Below, in pieces: positions 1-9,408 of a stretch of 46,588 bases of DNA. The DNA is from an uncultured Desulfovibrionaceae bacterium. GTDB lineage: Bacteria; Desulfobacterota; Desulfovibrionia; Desulfovibrionales; Desulfovibrionaceae. The stretch spans positions 1 through 46,588 of the forward strand of contig CAYJOQ010000001.1 of NCBI GenBank assembly GCA_964371825.1. Direction: 5' to 3'. The notes below the pieces were generated by a model, which saw only the letters and a program-made list of their open reading frames with translations, did no database searches and was not told where the DNA came from. Within the stretch, counting starts at the first letter, position 1, and every line of letters begins with the position of its first letter. The translations under genes and the position numbers were made by a program.

Positions 1-55
1 AATTTATTGCAAAAGCACAAAAATAAAATTGGAAAATAATTATGCAGGACTCTCA
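1..55 (+). repeat. Family-A dispersed intergenic repeat, copy A1 (cut by window start)
   Basis: 1-55 is an exact reverse complement of 46471-46525 and differs at 1 nt from 10971-11025. Confidence 0.9.
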
Positions 56-62
56 GTTTGAT

Positions 63-85
63 AATAGCCAAAAGGCTATTTTTTT
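63..85 (+). terminator. Weak hairpin plus T-run abutting repeat A1; contains the stop codon of the minus-strand cyclase gene
   Basis: 7-bp inverted repeat 63-69/74-80 (aatagcc/ggctatt) followed by T5. The T-run is on the + strand only, so a role for the minus-strand operon is doubtful. Confidence 0.3.
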
Positions 86-2307
86 GTAAATGTCCACACT
101 CCTTGCCAATTTTGCGGAGGGTGTGCAAGCAATTCTGTGCTGCGTTCAAGATATAGCCTATATAATACATTATTTGGAAAATCTTGATGCAATGTTATAA
201 ACATTTGTTTTGCAAGAGCAAAATCTCCTTCACTATACGCGTTCTTGGCTTTTAAGAAAAATTCAATTTCTTGCGCTCGTAAAGATGCTTCCTCTTGAGT
301 AATGGGAGAATATATTTCTATAGGTTCTGTTTTGCCCTTAACACGAATAGAGTCTAAAGGAATAAAATAGGGTATATCTTCCTTTGTAAGAGTGGGATTA
401 TCATGAACATAGTGTATGCATTTGTCAGCAGTCACCTTGCTTGTAACAACACCCACACCATAGACAGGGCACAATCCTTCTAACCTTGAAGCAAGGTTTA
501 CGGTATCACCTATACAGGTATAATCTAAAAGTTCTGCGCTTCCCATATTTCCTACATATACCTTACCTGTATGTACACCTGCACCCATAGCGAAGTTAAT
601 TTCTAAGTCTTCTTGTAACTCTTTATTAAGTTCTATGAGAGCTGCTTGCATTTTCATGGCACTATTTATGGCTTTAAGTTCATGCATAGGCACATCAAGG
701 GGGGCATTCCAAAAAGCCATAATAGCATCGCCAATAAATTTATCTAATGTTCCGCTATTATTACGTATAATAGATGTCATGGGGGTAAAATACCTATTTA
801 ATGCGCCCACAACTTGATCAGGTGAAAGTTTTTCAGACATGGACGTAAAGCCGCGGATGTCTGTAAACATAAGTGTAGCAACTCTTTCTTCCCCAGCAAG
901 CACAGCTTCACCTCTGTCAACAATACGTGCCACCATGTCAGGGGCTATGTAACGACTAAAGGCATTGCGTAAGGTGCGTTTTTGTTGTGCTTCTTGCCAA
1001 AAACGTACCGCTAAAAGGGTTACTGCAAGGGCTGTAATGGTTAATAAAGTATATAGAGGTGAAATAAATATACCGTGTGTAAATATATATATACTGCCCA
1101 TAATAGCCCCGCTCACAAGGGCAATAAGTATGGGTAAGTATATAATTGCAGGCGCAAGACTAAAACTTATGGTGCCAAGCAAACCTACTAAAGCTATGCT
1201 AGAAATTTGTGCGCCGGGAATCCAATGGGGAATTGTAATATGTTTATTGCTTAATATGGCGTCGATGACTGTGGCATGAACTTCAGCACCAGGATATACA
1301 GAATCAAAGGGAGTTGCTCGTATATCTAAAAGACCAGGAGCTGAAGTACCCACAATAAGCACACGACCTGCAAGCTCAGCTGGTAGAATTTTTCTATTTA
1401 AGATATCAGCGGCTCGAAAGGTAGGATAGTATCCCCTAGGGCCTCGAAAAGGTACCATAAAACGACCGTCTGGTGTTACGGGTAATGTATACTTTCCTAC
1501 ACGTACTGCTTGCAGACCGTCTGCCCCTCCTATAAGCATAAGATTTGTAGTGCCCATGCCTTGCATAAGCGCGCGTAAAGAAAGCGAAATAAATATACGA
1601 TTGTCAACTTGAATCACCAATGGAATAGAGCGGATAATGCCGTCAGGGTCAGGTGCCACATTTAGCGTTCCTATGGGGGCGATATGTCTAAGCTCAGCAA
1701 GGGGTAGGGTTGCGCTATGCGCTTTTAAAAGAAGGCTTCGCGGATTTTTTCCACCTTTAACCATACGATCAACTATGCCTTCCTTTGTGGGAAGATTTTC
1801 AGGCAAGGCAATTTTTTCGCCAACAAATCTTGCGTACGATCCTAAGACAGTGGGGGTTTGCGATAAAATAGAAGCGAGAATTTTGTCATTATCGTGTAAG
1901 TTTTTAGGAATGCCTTCAAGGGGAATGGTAATATTAAAATGCTTGGCAAAGGAGCTTTGTATATTTTTTATGGAAGTGGCGTCAGGTTCGGCAAGTAAGA
2001 TGTCAAGCCCAATGGCAGCAGCGCCAGATTCGGTAAGAATGGTTACAAGTTTTGCAACTAAATGACGTGGCCATGGCCATTGACCAAATTCTTGTAAACT
2101 TTTTTCATCAAGGTCTACCAGTGCAGGCGTTGGAGAAGGTTCTCCTCCACCATGCAAACGCAAAAACACATCATAAATTAAGCGATCACCTTGTTGCAGT
2201 AATGTTGGTTGTGTGATGTAAAAAAACATCATACACATGCAGAGAAAAAGACCCGCAATATATCGTAAAATAGTACCGCGTAGGAGCTTTTTTCCCATAG
2301 TATACAT
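76..2307 (-). CDS. CHASE2-sensor membrane adenylate/guanylate cyclase (class III) with TPR-like C-terminal tail
   Basis: 743-aa ORF. N-terminal TM, CHASE2-type 'VDLDEKSL..GQWPWPR', a cluster of TM helices, then cyclase motifs FTDIRGFT, KFIGDAIMAFW, GVHTGKVYVGNMG and IGDTVNLASRLEG. 2-nt gap to the upstream hlyD-family gene. Confidence 0.9.
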   Translation of the reverse strand: MYTMGKKLLRGTILRYIAGLFLCMCMMFFYITQPTLLQQGDRLIYDVFLRLHGGGEPSPTPALVDLDEKSLQEFGQWPWPRHLVAKLVTILTESGAAAIGLDILLAEPDATSIKNIQSSFAKHFNITIPLEGIPKNLHDNDKILASILSQTPTVLGSYARFVGEKIALPENLPTKEGIVDRMVKGGKNPRSLLLKAHSATLPLAELRHIAPIGTLNVAPDPDGIIRSIPLVIQVDNRIFISLSLRALMQGMGTTNLMLIGGADGLQAVRVGKYTLPVTPDGRFMVPFRGPRGYYPTFRAADILNRKILPAELAGRVLIVGTSAPGLLDIRATPFDSVYPGAEVHATVIDAILSNKHITIPHWIPGAQISSIALVGLLGTISFSLAPAIIYLPILIALVSGAIMGSIYIFTHGIFISPLYTLLTITALAVTLLAVRFWQEAQQKRTLRNAFSRYIAPDMVARIVDRGEAVLAGEERVATLMFTDIRGFTSMSEKLSPDQVVGALNRYFTPMTSIIRNNSGTLDKFIGDAIMAFWNAPLDVPMHELKAINSAMKMQAALIELNKELQEDLEINFAMGAGVHTGKVYVGNMGSAELLDYTCIGDTVNLASRLEGLCPVYGVGVVTSKVTADKCIHYVHDNPTLTKEDIPYFIPLDSIRVKGKTEPIEIYSPITQEEASLRAQEIEFFLKAKNAYSEGDFALAKQMFITLHQDFPNNVLYRLYLERSTELLAHPPQNWQGVWTFTKK

Positions 2308-2309
2308 TA

Positions 2310-3677
2310 CTATTTCTCACGTAATGCACGCTGCTGAGCTTTTAATAAGGGCTTTAATAAGTAATCAAGAATGGTTTTTTTGCCTGTAAGAATATCTACT
2401 TCAGCTTGCATGCCGGCAATAATGGGGTGATCTTGCCCGCTGTGCTTAAGGTGCGCTGTGTCTGTGCGTACCTTGACTCTATAAAAAGTTTCACCTTGTT
2501 GCGTTTGTAAAGTGTCAGCACTGATGGATTCTACCTTAGCATCCATGCCACCATATACAGAAAAGTCATACGCAGTAAGGCGCACGTGCGCTTTTTGGCC
2601 AGGATATACAAAGGCAATATCAGCAGGACTAAATTTTGCTTCAATTATTAACGAATCATCAATGGGGACAATTTCCATAACGGTGGCGCCAGGCGCTACA
2701 ACACCGCCAACAGTATTGGTATAAATAGCTTTAACAATACCACGCACAGGTGAGCGCATTTCAGTACGTTTTACTTTATCATCACCAGCGCTGAGAAGTT
2801 CACGTAAGGATAAAAGTTGGATATGTATTTCATTAAGCTCTTTGCGATACTCTGCAGCAAGCTCTGCTTTGCGAAGGCGCATGCGTTCTTTGGCTTCACG
2901 GGCGGTTGCTTCAAGACGAGGAATAGAGTGCTCAAGCGTTGCTAGTTCAGACTTAACAGTTTGCAAACGTTGCTCAATGTCTAAAAATTCAAGTTCAGAA
3001 TATGCTTTAGCTTTTAATGCAGGTAATGCCAATGCACGTTGTTTTTCAATAAGCGTAAGACTACGTTGAGATTGCTTTTTTACTTCTTTGAGTTCTTCAG
3101 CTTCACGTTGACTAGATTCACTTTGTAAGGCAAGAACCTGCAATTCTGCAGAAGCTTTTTCACGGGCAACATCAAGCAATTTATTATGCCTGCTGACAAC
3201 GTTTTGATTTGCTAAAACACTAGCAGGATATACGGGGTCAGTTTCTTGTATAAGCGCTTCAATACGTGCAATACCAGCTTCAAAGTCTAGGCTTCTAATA
3301 AGTGCTTCACGGTATTGACTGTCGGCTGTTTCATTGTTGATACGCATAACAATTTGATTTTTTTCAACGAGTTCGCCCTCGTGTACAGGGATTTCATCAA
3401 CTATACCGCCTTCAAGATTTTGTATAAGCTGCACACGCTGCGATGGCACTACTTGCCCAATTCCTCGGGCCATTTGATCTATTTCTGCAAAACCTGCCCA
3501 AATGAGTAAAATAATAATAGCAAAAAAACTTCCCCATACAAGACGAAAAGAAGATGAGCTAACAGTTTTTTCGGTAGAGTCGGGTGTAAATGTCGCACAA
3601 AACTCAAGCGCAGTTTTCCAATACTTTTGTATGGGATGTACCTTTTGAGATGCAGGGAGATTTTTAGTATCTGACAT
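2310..3677 (-). CDS. HlyD-family type I secretion membrane fusion protein
   Basis: 455-aa ORF with a single N-terminal TM (FFAIIILLIWAGFA), a long coiled-coil centre and a C-terminal beta-rich region. Sits between the ABC and cyclase genes. Confidence 0.88.
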   Translation of the reverse strand: MSDTKNLPASQKVHPIQKYWKTALEFCATFTPDSTEKTVSSSSFRLVWGSFFAIIILLIWAGFAEIDQMARGIGQVVPSQRVQLIQNLEGGIVDEIPVHEGELVEKNQIVMRINNETADSQYREALIRSLDFEAGIARIEALIQETDPVYPASVLANQNVVSRHNKLLDVAREKASAELQVLALQSESSQREAEELKEVKKQSQRSLTLIEKQRALALPALKAKAYSELEFLDIEQRLQTVKSELATLEHSIPRLEATAREAKERMRLRKAELAAEYRKELNEIHIQLLSLRELLSAGDDKVKRTEMRSPVRGIVKAIYTNTVGGVVAPGATVMEIVPIDDSLIIEAKFSPADIAFVYPGQKAHVRLTAYDFSVYGGMDAKVESISADTLQTQQGETFYRVKVRTDTAHLKHSGQDHPIIAGMQAEVDILTGKKTILDYLLKPLLKAQQRALREK

Positions 3678-3686
3678 AACGTATCT

Positions 3687-5423
3687 TTATGGTGTCTTTG
3701 GGGTAATTTTTTTAATGGCTTCTTGACATGGGCCTTCCCATACAACTTTTCCCTTTTCAAGGGCTACAACTCTTTGCACCAATTGTAACATAGTAGCCTT
3801 ATGGGTAAAAAGAAAAACGGTTTTATTAGCAAGAAAGGGCGTAAGCCTTTGCACAAGGCGAGCTTCTGAGGCGCCATCTAATTGTGCTGCAGGTTCGTCT
3901 AAAATAAGTGTATGTGGATTACCTAAAATAGCTCTGGCAAGGGCTACAGTTTGTGCTTGCCCGCCAGAAAGTCCCGTTCCTTGTTCTCCGATGGGCATAT
4001 CAAGGCCCAAGGGGTGCTGCGCAGCAAATTCTAAAACACCAGCAATATTAGCTGCCTTAATTATTTCTTCTTCAGGGCACGGTCCTTCATAGGGCCAAGC
4101 CATAGAAATATTTTGCTTTATAGTTCCTCTAAAAATACGAATATCTTGTGGAAGATACCCTACTTTATTTCTATAGGGGCGCATGGGCATTTGGCTCATA
4201 TCAAGCCGTCCTAACATAATACGCCCTTCAGTTGGTAAATATAGTCCCGAAAGCATTCTTGCCAAGGTAGATTTACCACAACCAGAAGTACCCACAAAGC
4301 CAACCTTTGCTCCAGGATATAGAGTAAGGCTTAGATCACGCAAGGCTAATGTTTGCACATGCGTTGTAGGGTATGAAAAGGACACTTTTTCAAATTGAAT
4401 AGGTACAGGAATACTTTGATCAGGCAAAGAACCTTCTATAGATTCATTTTGCACATTTTCATTGGGCATTTGTAAGAGCTTATCAATTTGCTCAAGTGTC
4501 ATAACTGTTTTTTGATAATTGGCTAATAAATGCACAAGACCATTCATGGGTGCAGCGCAGCGACCAAAGAGAATAACACAAGCAATCAGACCGCCTGTAG
4601 TCATAAGCCCTTCAGAAATACGATATACACCTATAATAACAATGGTTACAGATAAAAGCATGCTGAAAAGCACCATGCCATAATTTGTGGTGTTTGATAA
4701 TGCTCGTGCGTGAATGGTGGCATCTGCATTATCTGCAACCTTAGCGCTCCAATTTTGCATAAGAGCCGTTTCCATACGTGTAACACGAATGGTTTCAAGA
4801 CTATTGATGAGCTCTGATAAAAATGATTGCTTTTCCGCTGCAGTGCGCATTTGATATAATGATGTTTTTTTCAAAACATTTTGCACTAGATACGCAAAAA
4901 TTGCTAAAACAGGAATAGCAATAAGAGGCACAAGCCCCATAGATCCGCCAAGATAAAAAATAAGCAGTATAAAAAAGAGCACAAAAGGAAGGTCAGCCAA
5001 GGCCAAAATTGTGTTAGATCCTAAAAAATCTCGCACATATTCAAGCTCTCTTACGCGGGCAATAATAGCACCCACTGAGTTTGTTTGTGGATTTTTATAC
5101 AGTGCATCAAAACGCACATGCATAAGATTATCCATAAACATAGCCTGAAGCTTTACATCAGCATTGCGACCAGCCACATCAACATAACGCATGCGTGCAA
5201 TACGCAACGAAAAGTCAAGCAAAGCAGCAATGGCCATGCCAATGGCTAAGACCCAAAGGCTTTCAAAAGCATTATTAGGCACAATTCTGTCATACACATT
5301 CATGACAAAAAGTGGCATGGATAGGCTTAATAGGTTGACAATAACTGAACTAACAACAACGTGACCATAAAGAGGAGTGTATCGTCTAAGTACGCCCCAA
5401 AACCAAGTATGTGTGTTTTTCAT
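3687..5423 (-). CDS. Type I secretion ABC permease/ATPase, PrtD/AprD type (no N-terminal C39/CLD domain)
   Basis: 578-aa ORF. Exporter TMD followed by an NBD with Walker A GTSGCGKST, signature LSGGQAQ and Walker B LILDEP. Its start overlaps the tolC-family stop (TAATG at 5421-5425). Confidence 0.9.
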   Translation of the reverse strand: MKNTHTWFWGVLRRYTPLYGHVVVSSVIVNLLSLSMPLFVMNVYDRIVPNNAFESLWVLAIGMAIAALLDFSLRIARMRYVDVAGRNADVKLQAMFMDNLMHVRFDALYKNPQTNSVGAIIARVRELEYVRDFLGSNTILALADLPFVLFFILLIFYLGGSMGLVPLIAIPVLAIFAYLVQNVLKKTSLYQMRTAAEKQSFLSELINSLETIRVTRMETALMQNWSAKVADNADATIHARALSNTTNYGMVLFSMLLSVTIVIIGVYRISEGLMTTGGLIACVILFGRCAAPMNGLVHLLANYQKTVMTLEQIDKLLQMPNENVQNESIEGSLPDQSIPVPIQFEKVSFSYPTTHVQTLALRDLSLTLYPGAKVGFVGTSGCGKSTLARMLSGLYLPTEGRIMLGRLDMSQMPMRPYRNKVGYLPQDIRIFRGTIKQNISMAWPYEGPCPEEEIIKAANIAGVLEFAAQHPLGLDMPIGEQGTGLSGGQAQTVALARAILGNPHTLILDEPAAQLDGASEARLVQRLTPFLANKTVFLFTHKATMLQLVQRVVALEKGKVVWEGPCQEAIKKITPKTP

Positions 5424-6838
5424 TATTTATTTGTAAGGGTTGAACCCTTAAGTACTTCTTGTTCGTCAATTTGCTCTGCGCCAAAATTCCAAAGAACTGT
5501 TTCACTTGGTTGCCCCATTGTAGGAGCAAGTAGTGATGCAGTATTGACATTAACTTCTTCTATTATGTCGCCTGTGAGTGCAAGAAGGCGATATGAGCCA
5601 AGCAATACATCAACTTTAAGTACTTCGTACTCAACAACACTGAAGAAATATTCTCCTTCAGCATCAAGAACAGAAAGTAAATCACGTTGGCCAACACTGA
5701 ATTGCTGCGCATAATTTCTTTTGGACTTACGTGAAGACATGGCGCCTGATTTATAGTGTTCAGCTTGTTCCTTGGCATTTTTGGTATAGGAATATGTTGT
5801 GATGAGTTCCTGATTTATTTCGTCCATGGTTCTGTGGAGCGTTTGACGCAGTTCACGCACTTTAGCAGCACGAGATTTAAGGTTTGCAACCTCTGAACCA
5901 CCAGTAAAAATATCCCACCGCATGTTGAGCATGGCTGACCAAGAGAGCGTTGAGGTATCATCATTATAGGCATTGTCGGTAAACTGAGGCCCACCTTCAA
6001 CAGTAAAATGCGGTGCAAATCCTGCACGGACAACATCTTTATCTGCTACAGCACTGCGAATAGCTGCTAAATCCGCTTTAATTCTTGAGTTTTTAGAAAC
6101 ACAAACTTCACGTGCTTCATCTTCATTGGCATATATACGAGAAGGAGGACTCAAGGGAGCAAGTTCTTTAGGAACAGGCTGACCTGTAACCATGGTATAG
6201 GTAGCGTGGGCAGCTGATAAACCTTGAACGTGTTGACTTAAAGTAGCTTTGGCACGACTTAAACGACTAAGAACCAAGTCTAAATCGCCTTGACTTGAAA
6301 GGCCTTGGGCAAAACGAGTGCGTAATGTTCTAAGAATATTTTCAACTTCTTTAACATTTTCTTCCGCAAGCTCTACTAATTTACGACGGCGCAAAACATC
6401 TGCATGGGCTGTAATTGCTGAATATGCCAAGGAATTAGCGCTGTCCATAATAAGCCAACCACGCTGGGCTAAGATTTCATTTTGCACCCGTACGCGTGAA
6501 GAGGTATATCCACCGCGCCAAATGGTTTGGCTAAGCTGTAAGCCTGCATTGCCTGTTCCTATAACAACATCATCTGACTTAGTAATGCGCGTGTTTACAT
6601 CATCAGATTGTTGTATGCCAATACCACCCCAAATACCAATGGTAGGATAATATCCAGCTTCTGCAACACGAACATCATGTACAGCTTGTTGCCGGCTTTC
6701 TTTAGCAGCTTTAATATTTGGACTATATGAAAATGCGTGACGTAAGGTATCATCAACCGTTACAATTGATTTTGCATGCGCATTACCAACAAGAGCTCCT
6801 AAGAGAAGAACGGTACAGACTATTTTTTTTCGCAACAT
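5423..6838 (-). CDS. TolC-family outer membrane channel
   Basis: ORF 5423-6850. The Met at 6838 gives signal peptide MLRKKIVCTVLLLGALVGNAHA and has a G-rich SD-like stretch upstream. Start at 6850 remains possible. Confidence 0.88.
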   Translation of the reverse strand: MLRKKIVCTVLLLGALVGNAHAKSIVTVDDTLRHAFSYSPNIKAAKESRQQAVHDVRVAEAGYYPTIGIWGGIGIQQSDDVNTRITKSDDVVIGTGNAGLQLSQTIWRGGYTSSRVRVQNEILAQRGWLIMDSANSLAYSAITAHADVLRRRKLVELAEENVKEVENILRTLRTRFAQGLSSQGDLDLVLSRLSRAKATLSQHVQGLSAAHATYTMVTGQPVPKELAPLSPPSRIYANEDEAREVCVSKNSRIKADLAAIRSAVADKDVVRAGFAPHFTVEGGPQFTDNAYNDDTSTLSWSAMLNMRWDIFTGGSEVANLKSRAAKVRELRQTLHRTMDEINQELITTYSYTKNAKEQAEHYKSGAMSSRKSKRNYAQQFSVGQRDLLSVLDAEGEYFFSVVEYEVLKVDVLLGSYRLLALTGDIIEEVNVNTASLLAPTMGQPSETVLWNFGAEQIDEQEVLKGSTLTNK

Positions 6839-6997
6839 GCCAACCCCCATTGCAAATTATATAAATAAAAATCGTATCGCTATAAAAGTATAACGACACG
6901 ATAGTTATGCTAACATTGTATGCATAAAAAGGCAAGTTCTAGTTTTATATCATGCAGTACTCTAAAGTATTTCTAGCAAAATTATTGTAAAAAAATA

Positions 6998-9076
6998 CTA
7001 TTCGAGTTCTTCTTCTTTATACTTATTTTGAATATCAATCATGGTGCTTAATATTTCCATAAAAGAATCAACAAGTTCAGGGTCAAAATGTGTACCAGAA
7101 TCATTTTGCAATATGGCAAGAGCTTTTTCAACAGAAAATGCTTTTTTATAACACCTTGGAGATACAAGAGCATCAAAAACATCAACAACTGATGTTATGC
7201 GCGCCTCAAGGGGAATATCCTTGCCCTTAAGCTGCGGCGCATCACTTGTTCCTGTATATCCTGTACCATCCCATTTTTGATGATGATGCATAGCAATACT
7301 TGCAGATAAATCGTCTAACAAATGAGACCTATCTTTGAATATGGCTGCACCAATGGCACAATGCTTTTCCATTTCGCGCCTTTCGTCAGGCTCAAAGGGG
7401 CCGGGCTTTTTTAAAATACAGTCAGCTATGCCCACCTTACCTATATCGTGCAACATAGAGGCAAGCCTTAGGTGAGATTTAAAGGTAAATATTTCCACAA
7501 GGTCTACATTGTGTTTTTCTGCCCAGTGATGATAGAGTTCTGCTGCCATAGCGCCTACGCGTACTACGTGGGTTCCTGTTTCGGTAGGATCTCGCATACG
7601 TGCTGTTTCCAACACACGCAAAAGCATCTCGCGCGTACGTAATGCTTGTTCTATGGCTTGGGCTCCAGCAAAAGAAATATTGCGTAAGGTTCTCACCATT
7701 CGGGGCGTAAAAGGTACTGGTTCATTATTTTCAAGGCAGTTAATAAGCTGCATTACCCCTAATAGAACGCCGCGTTGTGAAATAATGGGTAGGGCACAAA
7801 TCGAAACGGTACGATATCCTGTAGCTTTGTCAAATGAGTCATTAAATGCATAAGGAACGTCTACGTCTAAATTACGCACGTTGGCAATATTAAGAAAATT
7901 TCTCTTGTAGGCCACATAACCGGCAATAGAATTGGGGGTTATGGGTAATCTAGCATTTAAATATTGGTGCCTTGCTGATTGGGAGCGCGTGAACAAAGTG
8001 TCATTATGTGAATATGAAAAAACAAGCTGGCCATCTTCAATAAGATAGATAGTGCCTGCATCAGCATTGGTCATTTCACGCGCCTTATGCAAAAGAGTAT
8101 CAAGTACAGAGCTCATGTCTGGTATATCAAAAAGCTTTGCAGCAAACTCACAACGCCCATATACCGCTAAATTAGGGTCGTCCGGAAATGGCATGGTAGT
8201 ATCATAACTTTCTCCACATACAAGAGAAAGCCCTTCATGCGCCATGCGTAAACGTGACGTTATTGTGGGATTTTCTATAATAATTTTATGGCACAATTCA
8301 TCAATATATTCATCAGAATAATTAGGGTCGTGATGTGTTGGAATAAAAAGCTTAACATTAAGTTTGTCTATAATCGCAGGCCATTGCTCAATGGATGAAT
8401 GCCCCCAATCAACATGCTTTTTATAATCTTCAAGGCTATATTGTGAATCCAAAATAGCCATATCCGTGCCCTTAAGCCCTTCATAAAATGACTCTGTAAA
8501 GTTAACACTTTCTATATCAGTACCAATTTCATGGTCACCACTATAAAAAACACTGTGTTTTCCATCTTCTATTCGGTATGCAGCAGCATAAAGACCATCA
8601 AACTCTGCTCCGCCATGATTTGAAGCATAGGCCCTTACGGTAACTGTGTCAGTAATGGTGATTTTTTGTTTGTCTTTAAGTGAAAAAACATGCCGCTTGC
8701 TTGGTAAGTCGTCCCACGCCACAGGAAAAAAATTTGTAGAAAATAAATTTTTTATGAACGTCAGTGCATCAAGGCCGCCTATGCGCTCAGGTGCATAAAT
8801 GTATACTTCCCAGTCAGCTTTGTATAATGGCACAAAAAACGGCAGGCCTGAGATATGATCCCAATGATTATGACTAAGAAATATATAACATTTTTTAATA
8901 GAAGAACTTTTTAGGAGGGTGTGTCCAAGTGTGCGTATTCCAGATCCTGCATCAAAGATTACATAGGGTGCAGAGGCAGACGTAACACTATAACATGATG
9001 TATGATGACCATAGTACGATGATTGTTCGTTGCTTCCGGCAATGGAACCCCGAACACCCCAAAAATCAACCTGCAT
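6998..9076 (-). CDS. MBL-fold hydrolase / GAF / HD-GYP three-domain signalling protein
   Basis: 692-aa ORF. N-terminal FWGVRGS and HNHWDH (HxHxDH) metallo-beta-lactamase motifs, a central GAF-like region, and a C-terminal HD-GYP core 'HDIGKVGI...HHHQKWDGTGYTG' with GYTG in place of GYP. GGTGG SD upstream. Confidence 0.85.
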   Translation of the reverse strand: MQVDFWGVRGSIAGSNEQSSYYGHHTSCYSVTSASAPYVIFDAGSGIRTLGHTLLKSSSIKKCYIFLSHNHWDHISGLPFFVPLYKADWEVYIYAPERIGGLDALTFIKNLFSTNFFPVAWDDLPSKRHVFSLKDKQKITITDTVTVRAYASNHGGAEFDGLYAAAYRIEDGKHSVFYSGDHEIGTDIESVNFTESFYEGLKGTDMAILDSQYSLEDYKKHVDWGHSSIEQWPAIIDKLNVKLFIPTHHDPNYSDEYIDELCHKIIIENPTITSRLRMAHEGLSLVCGESYDTTMPFPDDPNLAVYGRCEFAAKLFDIPDMSSVLDTLLHKAREMTNADAGTIYLIEDGQLVFSYSHNDTLFTRSQSARHQYLNARLPITPNSIAGYVAYKRNFLNIANVRNLDVDVPYAFNDSFDKATGYRTVSICALPIISQRGVLLGVMQLINCLENNEPVPFTPRMVRTLRNISFAGAQAIEQALRTREMLLRVLETARMRDPTETGTHVVRVGAMAAELYHHWAEKHNVDLVEIFTFKSHLRLASMLHDIGKVGIADCILKKPGPFEPDERREMEKHCAIGAAIFKDRSHLLDDLSASIAMHHHQKWDGTGYTGTSDAPQLKGKDIPLEARITSVVDVFDALVSPRCYKKAFSVEKALAILQNDSGTHFDPELVDSFMEILSTMIDIQNKYKEEELE

Positions 9077-9119
9077 AATACCACCTAAAAGAGGTTTAAG
9101 AACGTATATGATAATTACG

Positions 9120-9139
9120 CAATATTATTTGTAATATTG
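9120..9139. promoter_or_regulatory. 8-bp perfect inverted repeat (caatatta-tttg-taatattg) about 45-65 nt upstream of the MBL-GAF-HD-GYP start; possible operator
   Basis: Palindrome read directly from the sequence. It is AT-rich, so chance occurrence is plausible. Confidence 0.2.
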
Positions 9140-9408
9140 TTTATACAAAGCGTAGTAAAGGCGATAGGTCAATTATAAATTTTTGGCAAATAAAGTCAAG
9201 TGTATCAATACCCATTTCAACAATAAGCAATAATGCACAAAACCTAGCTGTTCTATGAGCACGGCATTATGCTATTGGATTTTAATATTATTTATTAAAT
9301 AAGAAAAATATATTTTCACATATTTTCTAAAGGCATGGGCTTGTTTTACATACTCTTTTCTATAAAGCAAAAAGCACGTTCTGTGTATTTTATGCTACGC
9401 AACATTTT

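Noticed and set aside
1637-2065. 142-aa plus-strand ORF inside the cyclase gene. Similar shadow ORFs occur at 635-817, 965-1279, 2512-2724, 2842-3069, 4183-4398, 5361-5714 and 6318-6650.
   Set aside because: They lie antisense to, and wholly within, long ORFs that have clear family motifs. Their composition is low-complexity and rich in Arg, Ser and Cys, as expected of antisense frames. No SD or family motif is present.
6823-6830. T8 (A8 on the coding strand) homopolymer in the signal-peptide region of the TolC-family gene as a phase-variation switch. Similar A8/A9 runs occur at 42522-42530 and 16096-16104.
   Set aside because: Eight or nine A/T in an AT-rich genome encoding Lys-Lys is expected by chance and is below the length usually associated with efficient slippage. 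No frameshifted copy is evident.
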